A DNA stretch of 64,000 nucleotides from Bacteroidia bacterium (lineage in GTDB: Bacteria > Bacteroidota > Bacteroidia > NS11-12g > UBA9320): positions 207,907 to 271,906 of the forward strand of contig CBFHGJ010000001.1 in the NCBI GenBank assembly GCA_965655315.1, read 5' to 3'. The position numbers and the translations under genes are program-made. Below, piece after piece: positions 29,335 through 39,000 of the stretch (positions within the stretch are counted from its first letter, which is position 1; every line of letters starts with the position of its first letter). The notes below the pieces were generated by a model. That model did no database searches. It saw only the letters and a list, made by a program, of their open reading frames with translations, and had not been told where the DNA came from.

Positions 29335-30553
29335 AATCTTATTACTTTTCATTCTTGGAATGGTGGTTAGACCACTTACCACGCAAGCACAACACTTAGA
29401 ATCTTACCTAGAATATGCTGCTACTAACAATCCTGGTTTAAAAGCTAAATATGCTGAGTTTGAAGCTTCAATGCAGCGAATAGAGCAAGTTAATACATTA
29501 AATAATCCTACATTTTCGTTTGGTTATTTTATTAGTCCGGTTGAAACAAGAGTCGGACCACAACGAATGAAGTTTTCGTTAAGTCAGATGTTCCCTTGGT
29601 TTGGAACACTTGATGCCAAAGAGGATATAGCGAGCAAACTAGCAGAAAGTAAATTTCAAGAGTTCCTGGCTCATAAACTAAGTTTATTTAGAGATGTAAA
29701 AGAGGCGTACTTTCCACTGATAGAGTTGAATGAACATATAAGATTGCAACAAGAGAATTTATCCTTGCTTACTTCTTATAAGGAACTAGCGACTATTCAA
29801 TTTGCCAATGGTAAAGGAACAATGGTGGATGTCCTGCGAATAGATGTTCGTATAGAAGATGTAAAGAGTGAATTGCTTCTGCTGAATGAAAAAATGAATC
29901 CTTTGCAAGTTCGTTTCAATCTACTACTAAATAGGTCTTCTGATGAGGTTGTTGCACTAGATTCATTGGACAATTTTGCTGGTAATAGGTCTTTTAGTGC
30001 TGATAGTGTTTTTGTGAATAACCCAACAATTGCGTCGTTTGATTTAAAAATGAATGCAATAACCAAACAAGGTGAGCTAGCAAAGTTGTCAGGCTTACCT
30101 AGCATTGGGTTAGGGTTAGATTATGTTGTAGTCAGTAAAAGAAACATCTCAACTGTGGCTGACGATGGTAAGGATATTTTAATGCCTATGGCGACCATAT
30201 CTTTACCAATCTTCAGATCACAGTACAAAGCCGCTGCTAGTGAGGCTAACTACCTTAAAAACGCCTTAGAGCTAAACAAAGAGCAATACCAAAACAATAG
30301 GAATAGCGAATTTTTCCAAACGGAGTATAAATTAACCGCAGCGACCGAATTAATAAAACTTTATGAGTCAGAAATAAAGACCCAGACTAGGATATTAGAC
30401 CTACTCTATACTTCCTATAGCACTTCGGGAAAAGACTTTGTAGAGTTAATTAGATCTCAACAATTGCTTATAAAGTACAAAATGAGACTTTCTACTGAGA
30501 TAAAGAACTATCACGTTGCAATTTCGCAATTAGAATATCTAACTAATAAATAA
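29324..30553 (+). CDS. TolC-family outer membrane efflux protein
   Basis: Signal peptide; NNPGLKAKYAEFEA...LLLNR pattern; two-repeat OMF architecture. Confidence 0.75.
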   Translation: MKNRILLLFILGMVVRPLTTQAQHLESYLEYAATNNPGLKAKYAEFEASMQRIEQVNTLNNPTFSFGYFISPVETRVGPQRMKFSLSQMFPWFGTLDAKEDIASKLAESKFQEFLAHKLSLFRDVKEAYFPLIELNEHIRLQQENLSLLTSYKELATIQFANGKGTMVDVLRIDVRIEDVKSELLLLNEKMNPLQVRFNLLLNRSSDEVVALDSLDNFAGNRSFSADSVFVNNPTIASFDLKMNAITKQGELAKLSGLPSIGLGLDYVVVSKRNISTVADDGKDILMPMATISLPIFRSQYKAAASEANYLKNALELNKEQYQNNRNSEFFQTEYKLTAATELIKLYESEIKTQTRILDLLYTSYSTSGKDFVELIRSQQLLIKYKMRLSTEIKNYHVAISQLEYLTNK

Positions 30554-33051
30554 TGAAACATACATATCACATACATGGAATGACCTGCAATGGCTGTAGA
30601 AGCCACGTAGAAGAAATACTTTCTGAAGTGGAAGGTGTTTCAAAGGCAAGCGTTAATTTAGTGAATGCAGAAGCTACTTTAGAGATGGAATCACATATTT
30701 CATTAGCGACTTTTCAAAAGGCCCTTAAAACGGATAATAGCAGGTATAGCATATTTGCTCTAGGCGAAGGATATCAATCTAAAGAAACACCTGAACAGAA
30801 ACAACCTAAAAATGGTACAGGCACATTTTACTGCCCTATGCATTGTGAAGGTGATAAAACCTATAATTCGAATGTAGGGTGTCCAGTTTGTGGGATGGAT
30901 CTCGTAGAGGAACAAAACTTATCTAAAAATACCTCTGAACAATGGACTTGTCCGATGCACCCAGAGGTTATAAAAGAAGAATCAGGAGCTTGTCCTAAGT
31001 GCGGAATGGATTTAGTGCCTATGGAGGCAGATAGTTCAGCAGAAGAAAAGAGTTATAAGAAACTTTTTAAGAAATTCTGGATAGCTACCGCATTCACATT
31101 ACCAATTTTCTTAATAGCTATGAGTGAGACGGTTCCTGATAATCCATTATACAATTTAATGGAACAAAAATGGTGGAACTGGATTCAATTTGGACTTTCC
31201 ATTCCAGTTGTCTTCTATGCTACTTGGATGTTTTTTGAACGAGCTTATAGAAGTATCAAAACTTGGAATTTGAATATGTTTACGCTTATAGGTATAGGTG
31301 CAGGTGTTGCTTGGTTATTTAGTGTTTTTGGTATGTTGTTCCCCGATGTATTTCCAGAGCAGTTTAAAACAGAATCTGGAGCAGTACATGTATATTTTGA
31401 AGCTGCAACTGTGATTCTAACCCTAGTATTATTGGGACAGTTACTTGAAGCAAGAGCACATAGCAAAACTACCTCGGCAGTAAAGGAGCTATTGAAACTA
31501 GCACCAAGTAGTGCTACCAAGGTAGTTGATGGGCAAGAGGTTGCAGTCAGTATAGATAAAATAGAATTAGAAGATATCTTAAAAGTAAAGCCAGGAGATA
31601 AAATACCTGTAGATGGAAAGATAACAGAAGGTGAAACTACAATTGACGAATCTATGATTACAGGAGAGCCAATCCCTGTAAATAAATCAAAGGACGATAA
31701 AGTCAGTAGCGGTACAATTAACGGAAATCAAACCTTTTTGATGAAGGCCGAAAAAGTAGGAAGTGACACGCTTCTTTCTCAGATAATTCATATGGTAAAT
31801 AATGCGAGTAGAAGTCGTGCACCAATACAAAATCTAGCAGATAAAGTTTCAGGCTACTTTGTACCTGTAGTAGTCTTTATTTCAATAATTACCTTTGGTG
31901 TATGGGCTATTTGGGGACCAGAGCCAGCTTATGTATTCGCACTGGTAAATGCTATTGCAGTATTGATTATAGCTTGTCCTTGTGCATTAGGATTAGCCAC
32001 ACCCATGTCTGTAATGGTAGGTGTAGGAAAGGGTGCTCAAAACGGCGTTTTAATCAAGAATGCTGAAGCACTAGAAAAACTAAATAAAGTCTATATTCTA
32101 ATAGTAGATAAGACCGGAACTATAACTGAAGGGAAACCAACAGTTGAAACCGTTGGTGCTTTTTATGCTGCTTTAAGCGAAAAAGAAGTGTTACAATACA
32201 TCGTTTCATTAAATACCAATAGCGAACATCCTTTAGCAGAAGCAACAGTTAAATACGGAAAAGAGCATAATGCTGAAATACTAAACTCCGAAGATTTTAG
32301 TGCAGTTACAGGAAAAGGTGTTGAAGCCAAAATTGATGGAAAAAAGGTAGCATTGGGTAATCCTAAAATGATGGAATATGCTAAAGCGGACATTACTTCT
32401 AAAATGAAAGACGAAGCTAAATCTCACCAAAAACAAGGCAAAACTGTTTCTTATTTGTCAATAGATAAAACCGTTGTTGGGTATGTAGTTATAGGCGATA
32501 AGATAAAAGAAACAAGTGCTAAAGCCATTAAAGCACTTCAAGATAAAGGTATTGATGTAATAATGCTGACAGGTGATAATCACGATACTGCAAAAGCAGT
32601 AGCATCAGAATTAAATTTGGCAGATTTTAAAGCCAGTATGTTACCAGAGGACAAACTCAAAGAAGTTGAGAAATTACAAAAAAACGGAAAAGTAATTGCT
32701 ATGGCAGGTGATGGAATTAATGATGCACCAGCATTGGCAAAAAGTGATGTAGGCATTGCAATGGGAACAGGAACAGATGTAGCAATAGAAAGTGCTATGA
32801 TTACATTGGTAAAAGGTGACCTGCAAGGAATAGTAAAAGCTAGAAATCTAAGCGAAGGTGTGATGCGAAATATTAAGCAAAACCTATTTTTTGCACTTAT
32901 CTACAACACTTTAGGTGTACCTATTGCAGCAGGTGTGTTGTTTCCATTCTTCGGAATACTACTCTCACCTATGATAGCGGCTCTAGCAATGAGTTTTAGC
33001 TCAGTATCTGTAATAGTAAATGCCCTTAGATTAAGAACAATAAAAATTTAA
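30553..33051 (+). CDS. copA: copper-translocating P1B-type ATPase with N-terminal HMA and two HMBD motifs
   Basis: HGMTCNGC (HMA); two CPMH...CGMDL motifs; CPC in TM6; DKTGTIT; GDGINDAP. Confidence 0.85.
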   Translation: MKHTYHIHGMTCNGCRSHVEEILSEVEGVSKASVNLVNAEATLEMESHISLATFQKALKTDNSRYSIFALGEGYQSKETPEQKQPKNGTGTFYCPMHCEGDKTYNSNVGCPVCGMDLVEEQNLSKNTSEQWTCPMHPEVIKEESGACPKCGMDLVPMEADSSAEEKSYKKLFKKFWIATAFTLPIFLIAMSETVPDNPLYNLMEQKWWNWIQFGLSIPVVFYATWMFFERAYRSIKTWNLNMFTLIGIGAGVAWLFSVFGMLFPDVFPEQFKTESGAVHVYFEAATVILTLVLLGQLLEARAHSKTTSAVKELLKLAPSSATKVVDGQEVAVSIDKIELEDILKVKPGDKIPVDGKITEGETTIDESMITGEPIPVNKSKDDKVSSGTINGNQTFLMKAEKVGSDTLLSQIIHMVNNASRSRAPIQNLADKVSGYFVPVVVFISIITFGVWAIWGPEPAYVFALVNAIAVLIIACPCALGLATPMSVMVGVGKGAQNGVLIKNAEALEKLNKVYILIVDKTGTITEGKPTVETVGAFYAALSEKEVLQYIVSLNTNSEHPLAEATVKYGKEHNAEILNSEDFSAVTGKGVEAKIDGKKVALGNPKMMEYAKADITSKMKDEAKSHQKQGKTVSYLSIDKTVVGYVVIGDKIKETSAKAIKALQDKGIDVIMLTGDNHDTAKAVASELNLADFKASMLPEDKLKEVEKLQKNGKVIAMAGDGINDAPALAKSDVGIAMGTGTDVAIESAMITLVKGDLQGIVKARNLSEGVMRNIKQNLFFALIYNTLGVPIAAGVLFPFFGILLSPMIAALAMSFSSVSVIVNALRLRTIKI

Positions 33052-33063
33052 AAATAGAAAATC

Positions 33064-33435
33064 ATGAAAAAAATAATTTTAACAATTTGTATAACCGTTT
33101 TAACAATTGGAACTCTAAAAGCACAGACTGTGGCTGTACAAGACTCAATTGTAATAAGTGCAACTGACTCTGCACGCTTTACCGTAAGTGGTAATTGTGG
33201 TATGTGCCAGAGAACAATCGAAAAAGCTGCGATGATTTCTGGGGTGACTAGTGCCGAATGGAATATAGATTCTGGCAAGATGAGTGTCACATATGATCCT
33301 GTAAAGACTAGTATCCTTAAAATACATCAAGCAATAGCTGCATCAGGATATGATACAGATAAAGTAAAAGCTGAGACTTCAACTTATAATGGATTACCTG
33401 GCTGTTGTCAATATGAAAGAACCTCTAAAGAATAA
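33064..33435 (+). CDS. secreted heavy-metal-associated (HMA) domain protein
   Basis: Signal peptide; GNCGMCQRTIEKA is an HMA CxxC motif. Confidence 0.6.
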   Translation: MKKIILTICITVLTIGTLKAQTVAVQDSIVISATDSARFTVSGNCGMCQRTIEKAAMISGVTSAEWNIDSGKMSVTYDPVKTSILKIHQAIAASGYDTDKVKAETSTYNGLPGCCQYERTSKE

Positions 33436-33444
33436 ATGTAAACA

Positions 33445-35196
33445 ATGAAAAAGTATATTATTTACATAGGAATTTTGCTTGGAGGATTGCTTCTTGGTTG
33501 GTTGATATTTGGTACACCATTGTCTGGTGATAGTGGGCACAATCATAATGAGCTATCTGAGAACGGACAGATTTGGACATGCTCTATGCATCCTCAAATC
33601 AGAATGAATGAGGCAGGAGACTGCCCAATATGTGGCATGGATTTAATTCCACTTAAAGATTCTCAATCTGATGAGAACCCAATGAGTATTAAGATGTCTC
33701 CTAAAGCTATGCAACTAGCCAATGTTCAAACGGCCATAGTAACAAAAGGAAGTGCTCTCAAGGAATTAAAGCTAAATGGCAAAGTGCAACCAGATGAGAG
33801 ACAAGTTTCTACTCAAACGAGTCACATAGCAGGCAGAATAGAGCTACTAAAGATTAACTACACTGGAGAGCAGGTATCTAAAGGTCAAGTACTAGCCTAT
33901 GTGTATTCTCCCGAACTTATAAGTGCACAAAAGGAGTTGTTTGAAGCCCAAAAGCTTATTGAGTTACAACCGGCTTTATTTAATTCGGCCAAAGAGAAAC
34001 TCCGGAACTGGAAACTCTCTGCTAGTACAATAAATACAATAATTGAAACAGGAAAAATAATAGAGAATTTCCCTATTCGTGCAGATATTTCGGGTGTAGT
34101 TACAGATAAATTAGTCAATGTTGGAGACTATCTAAATCAAGGAGAACCTTTATATAAAATCTCCAACTTAAATAAACTTTGGATCTTGTTTGATCTGTAT
34201 GAGTCTGATTTGGGTTTTGTGAGTAAAGGAGACAATGTATCATATTCTTTAAATGCAATTGCAGGCAAGACTTTTAATGGACGGATAGCTTTTATCGACC
34301 CTATTGTGGACCCTAAAACAAGAACGGCTAAAGCTAGAGTGGAGGTGAACAATTCAAATAATAAATTGAAACCTGAGATGTTGGTGAATGGCACTATTAA
34401 ATCTGTGATTTCTGCTAACGAAAATACTATGGTAGTTCCTAAGACTGCTGTAATGTGGACAGGCGAGAAATCTATAGTTTATAAAAAAATGGAGACCGCT
34501 AGTGGAGTTAGCTTTATGCTCACAGAAGTAGTTTTAGGCCCTTCTCTAGGGGATTCGTATGTAATAAGTAGTGGATTAGAAGAAGGTGACGAAATAGCCA
34601 CTAATGGCACATTTAGTATAGATGCCGCCGCACAGCTGGCAGGTAAACCCAGTATGATGAATCCTGAAGGAGGTAAATCGTCAATAGGTCATAATCATGG
34701 AGGATCATCAAATGAAATGAATAACAAGCCAAATAAGGCAGTTTCATTAAGTTCAGAAGCTAATAAAAGCCTAGGTAAACTCTTTGATTCATATTTGAAA
34801 GTAAAAGACAATTTAGTAAAAGATGACTTTGAAGGAAGTCAAGAATCTTTAATAGCGTTTAAAACACAGCTTAGTCAAATCAGTATGAGTCTATTCAAAG
34901 GTGAGAATCATGATATATGGATGAAACATTCTGATGCACTAAAAAAACTCGCAGATAAATACACAGCATCAAAGGATATAGCGGAGGCCCGAGACAATTT
35001 TATTCATATCTCCGAGCAGATGATAATGGTTAGTAAAAGTCTTAAACCAAGAATGGATAAGTTGTACGTGCAGTTATGTCCTATGGCAGATAGAAACAAT
35101 GGAGCAAGATGGTTAAGTAAAGAAGAAAAGGTTTTGAATCCATATTTTGGAGAGGCTATGTTGAAGTGCGGTTCGGTTAAGGAGGAGTTAGAATAA
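33445..35196 (+). CDS. efflux RND periplasmic adaptor subunit with N-terminal HMBD and C-terminal DUF3347-like extension
   Basis: CSMHPQI...CPICGMDL; biotinyl-lipoyl and beta-barrel adaptor regions; ~150-aa helical C-terminal extension. Confidence 0.75.
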   Translation: MKKYIIYIGILLGGLLLGWLIFGTPLSGDSGHNHNELSENGQIWTCSMHPQIRMNEAGDCPICGMDLIPLKDSQSDENPMSIKMSPKAMQLANVQTAIVTKGSALKELKLNGKVQPDERQVSTQTSHIAGRIELLKINYTGEQVSKGQVLAYVYSPELISAQKELFEAQKLIELQPALFNSAKEKLRNWKLSASTINTIIETGKIIENFPIRADISGVVTDKLVNVGDYLNQGEPLYKISNLNKLWILFDLYESDLGFVSKGDNVSYSLNAIAGKTFNGRIAFIDPIVDPKTRTAKARVEVNNSNNKLKPEMLVNGTIKSVISANENTMVVPKTAVMWTGEKSIVYKKMETASGVSFMLTEVVLGPSLGDSYVISSGLEEGDEIATNGTFSIDAAAQLAGKPSMMNPEGGKSSIGHNHGGSSNEMNNKPNKAVSLSSEANKSLGKLFDSYLKVKDNLVKDDFEGSQESLIAFKTQLSQISMSLFKGENHDIWMKHSDALKKLADKYTASKDIAEARDNFIHISEQMIMVSKSLKPRMDKLYVQLCPMADRNNGARWLSKEEKVLNPYFGEAMLKCGSVKEELE

Positions 35197-35216
35197 AAGT
35201 TAGTTTAAGATTATAT

Positions 35217-35642
35217 TTGATTCTTAGTATGAACGATGCACTTGATTATAAACTTGCTCAAAGAGATATTAAACCTACGGCAATGCGAATACTTGTTTTG
35301 CAACACCTTATGGAGCAAGACAAAGCCATTTCTCTTCAAACTATTGAAAGTGCTTTTGATATTGCAGATAAATCTACATTGTATCGAACATTAAAAACAT
35401 TTGAAAAAAACAAACTTGTACATACTATCGATGATGGCACGAAACAACTCAAATATGCCCTTTGCTTAGAAAGTTGTGAGTGTGAGACCATTGACCAACA
35501 CTACCATTTTCATTGTTCCAACTGTCAGAACACTTTTTGTCTGACCAACCAAAATATACCTAAAATCGAGCTACCCAAAAATTTCAAAATGTACCAAGCC
35601 AATATGGTAATAAAGGGTTTATGCGAGAATTGTAACAAGTAA
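35217..35642 (+). CDS. Fur family transcriptional regulator
   Basis: Winged-helix N-terminus; HYHFHCSNC...CENC metal-site motifs; ~140 aa. Confidence 0.75.
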   Translation: MILSMNDALDYKLAQRDIKPTAMRILVLQHLMEQDKAISLQTIESAFDIADKSTLYRTLKTFEKNKLVHTIDDGTKQLKYALCLESCECETIDQHYHFHCSNCQNTFCLTNQNIPKIELPKNFKMYQANMVIKGLCENCNK

Positions 35643-35648
35643 AAAACT

Positions 35649-36014
35649 TTGCAAGTGGGTTGCAATAAACTTGTTCTATCTTTGAACTCAGTAATGAGAA
35701 TATTTGCATTAATAACTTCTATTTATATTGCAGCACTTTCGGTAGTGCCGTGTACAGATGGTATGCCGCAAAGTTCCATTCATACAGACATTGAGGTTTC
35801 AGCAGCAGAGCACGACCATGATCATTCAGAACACCAGGATGATTGCACTCCTTTTTGTGTTTGTGCTTGTTGTGGCTCTATAGTTACTTTACCTACCGAT
35901 AAAGCGATGTTAGAGACTAAAATAGAAATTTCTACTGACTACCTTTTTCATTACACATTCGACTATTCCTTTGACTACAGCGAAGGAGTTTGGCATCCGC
36001 CAAGCCTTAGTTAA
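35649..36014 (+). CDS. membrane-anchored His/Cys-rich hypothetical protein
   Basis: TM helix, then EHDHDHSEHQDD and FCVCACCGS; directly upstream of the second czcA. Confidence 0.45.
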   Translation: MQVGCNKLVLSLNSVMRIFALITSIYIAALSVVPCTDGMPQSSIHTDIEVSAAEHDHDHSEHQDDCTPFCVCACCGSIVTLPTDKAMLETKIEISTDYLFHYTFDYSFDYSEGVWHPPSLS

Positions 36015-36088
36015 ACCACTTTCCAAGGGACAACTATGCCCTTTCCATTCATAGTTTAGGTTTAACTTTTTTATAAAATAAAATATTA

Positions 36089-39000
36089 ATGTTCGATAAT
36101 TTAATCGCTTATTCGGTTAAGAATAAGTTTGTCATAGGGCTATTTGTAGCAGCCCTCATAGTTTGGGGGTTATTTTCTCTCAAGCAGCTACCCATAGATG
36201 CTGTACCTGATATAACCAATAATCAAGTACAGATAATCACTATTTCGCCCACACTTGCTACGCAAGAAGTGGAGCAGTTTATTACATCTCCTGTTGAGCT
36301 TGCTCTACAAAGTCTGCAAAAAACAGAAGAGATACGTTCTATATCTCGCTTTGGGCTTTCAGTAGTTACCGTAGTATTTGAAGAAAACTACGATATATAC
36401 TTAGCTCGACAGCTAGTGAATGAAAGACTCAAAGAGGCTCAAGGCAATATACCTGATGGCTTAGGTGTGCCAGAAATGGGGCCCCTCTCTACTGGATTGG
36501 GTGAGATATATCAATATGTAGTTCGACCAGATCAAGGCTTTGAAGAAAAATATTCCGCTACTGAGTTACGAAGCATCCAAGATTGGATTGTCAAAAGACA
36601 GTTGCTTGGAATCGAAGGAGTAGCTGAAGTCAATTCAATGGGTGGATTTTTAAAACAATATGAATTAGCCGTAAATCCTAATCTTCTTAAATCTGTAGGC
36701 ATAAGTATTTCAGATGTATTAGAGGCCTTAGAAAAAAGCAATGAGAATACTGGTGGAGCATACATTGAGAAAAATTCCAATGCCTACTATATCCGTTCTG
36801 AAGGATTAGCAAAGTCTTTAGATGATATTGGAAAAATAGTGGTTAGTGATAGAGGAAATATTCCAGTTTTAATTAGTGACATAGCTACTGTGCAATATGG
36901 TAAAGCTCCTCGATATGGAGCGTTAGTTCGAAATGGTGCAGAAGTAGTAGGTGGTAAGGTAATGATGTTCAAAGGAGCAAATTCTGCACAAGTAACTGAA
37001 AGAATTAAAGAACGAGTAGTACAAGTTCAAAAATCATTACCCGAAGGCGTAATCATAGAACCTTACTTGGTAAGAGATAAACTGGTGAATACTGCAATTG
37101 GTACGGTTAAAAAGAATCTAATTGAAGGTGGTTTAATAGTCATCTTTATATTAGTTCTTCTACTTGGTAATTGGAGAGCTGGATTAATTGTGGCTTCGGT
37201 CATTCCTCTGGCAATGCTGTTTGCCGTTTCTATGATGAACTTATTAGGTATATCAGCTAATCTTATGAGTTTAGGTGCTATTGATTTTGGATTGATAGTA
37301 GATGGTGCAGTTATAATAGTGGAAGCTATAGTACACCGCCTACAAGTCAAAAAAGCAGGAAGTCTGCTTTCGCAAACCGAAATGGACACAGAGGTAATTG
37401 CTTCCTCACAGAAAATAAGAAGTTCAGCAGCATTTGGTGAGATTATCATTCTGATGGTATACATACCTATTTTGGCTTTGGTAGGTATAGAAGGTAAAAT
37501 GTTTAAGCCTATGGCTCAAACAGTAATGCTTGCTATTGCAGGTGCATTGATACTTTCATTGACGTATGTACCTATGATGGCAGCCTTGGTGCTCAAGAAA
37601 AATGTAGTCAATAAAGAAACTTTTGCAGATAAAATCATTGCCTTTTTCCAAAGAGGCTACACACCAATTTTAAATGCAGCTCTACGGTTCAAAACAGTTT
37701 TTGTAAGTGCAACTATACTTGCTTTTTTAATCAGTCTGTTTGTATTCAGTAGGATGGGTGGCGAGTTTATTCCTACATTAGAAGAAGGTGACTTGGCAAT
37801 GCACCAAATCTTAGTGCCGGGCAGTTCACTGTCTCAAAGTGTAGAAACTGCTAAACTTATTCAAAACAGATTAAAAGATAGTATTCCAGAAATCATCGAT
37901 GATGTGGTAATTATAGGTTCGGCAGAAGTGCCAACTGATCCTATGCCCACAGAAATAGGCGACCATATTTTAGTTATGAAACCTAAATCTGAATGGACCA
38001 CAGCCACTACTAAACAGGGAATGTTTGACGCTATAAATGATGTCTTGAAAGATATTCCAGGAGTGACTTATGAATACTCACAACCAATTCAAATGAGGTT
38101 TAATGAATTGATGACAGGAACTCGGTCTGATATTGCCATTAAGCTATTTGGTGCTGACTTAGATGTGCTTTATCAAAAAGCAATAGAAGCTCAGGCTATA
38201 ATCGAAAAAGTAAGTGGTGTTGCTTCTGCCAATGTAGAGCAAACGATTGGAATGCCTCAAATTATCGTTTCATATAATTATGATAATATGGCACAATACG
38301 GTTTACATATTCAAGAGGTCAATCAAGTTGTTCGTTCAGCCTTTGCTGGAGAAAAAGCAGGAATTATTTATGAGGGTGATAAAAGGTTTGATTTAGTGGT
38401 TCGCCTAGCGGAAGAAAATAGAACAGGTATAGAAGATGTCGAAAATCTATTTATAACGCTGAGCAATGGAAGTCAAGTGCCGCTTACCAGTGTAGCCAAT
38501 GTTGATTTGATAGATGCACCTATGCAAATTTCAAGAGAAAACACTAATAGAAGAATTGTAATTGGTGTAAATGTAGGTAATACAGATGTAGAATCTTTAG
38601 TGGAAAAGATCCAAACAGAATTAGACACTAAAGTTAAGTTGCCGAACGGTTATTATTTTACTTATGGCGGACAGTTTGAAAACCTAAAAGCAGCCAATGC
38701 GAGATTATCTATTGCCGTTCCAATGGCCTTAGCCTTAATCTTCATTTTGCTTTACTTCACCTTTGGTTCAGTTTCACAGGCAGCTTTAATTTTTACAGCC
38801 ATTCCTTTGTCTGCCATTGGTGGAATATGGGCTTTGCAGCTTAGAGGGTTACCATTTAGCATTTCAGCTGGCATTGGTTTCATAGCTCTTTTTGGAGTAG
38901 CTGTGCTCAATGGCATTGTACTTATTGGCTATTTCAACCAACTTAAAAAGGAAGGAATGAAAAACATAAAAGAAAGAATTACAACAGGAACAAGAGTAAG

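Noticed and set aside
36532-37464. Minus-strand ORFs (36532..36780, 36787..36972, 37063..37464) inside the czcA-OMF fusion gene
   Set aside because: They are antisense to a strongly supported RND permease CDS, with no features.
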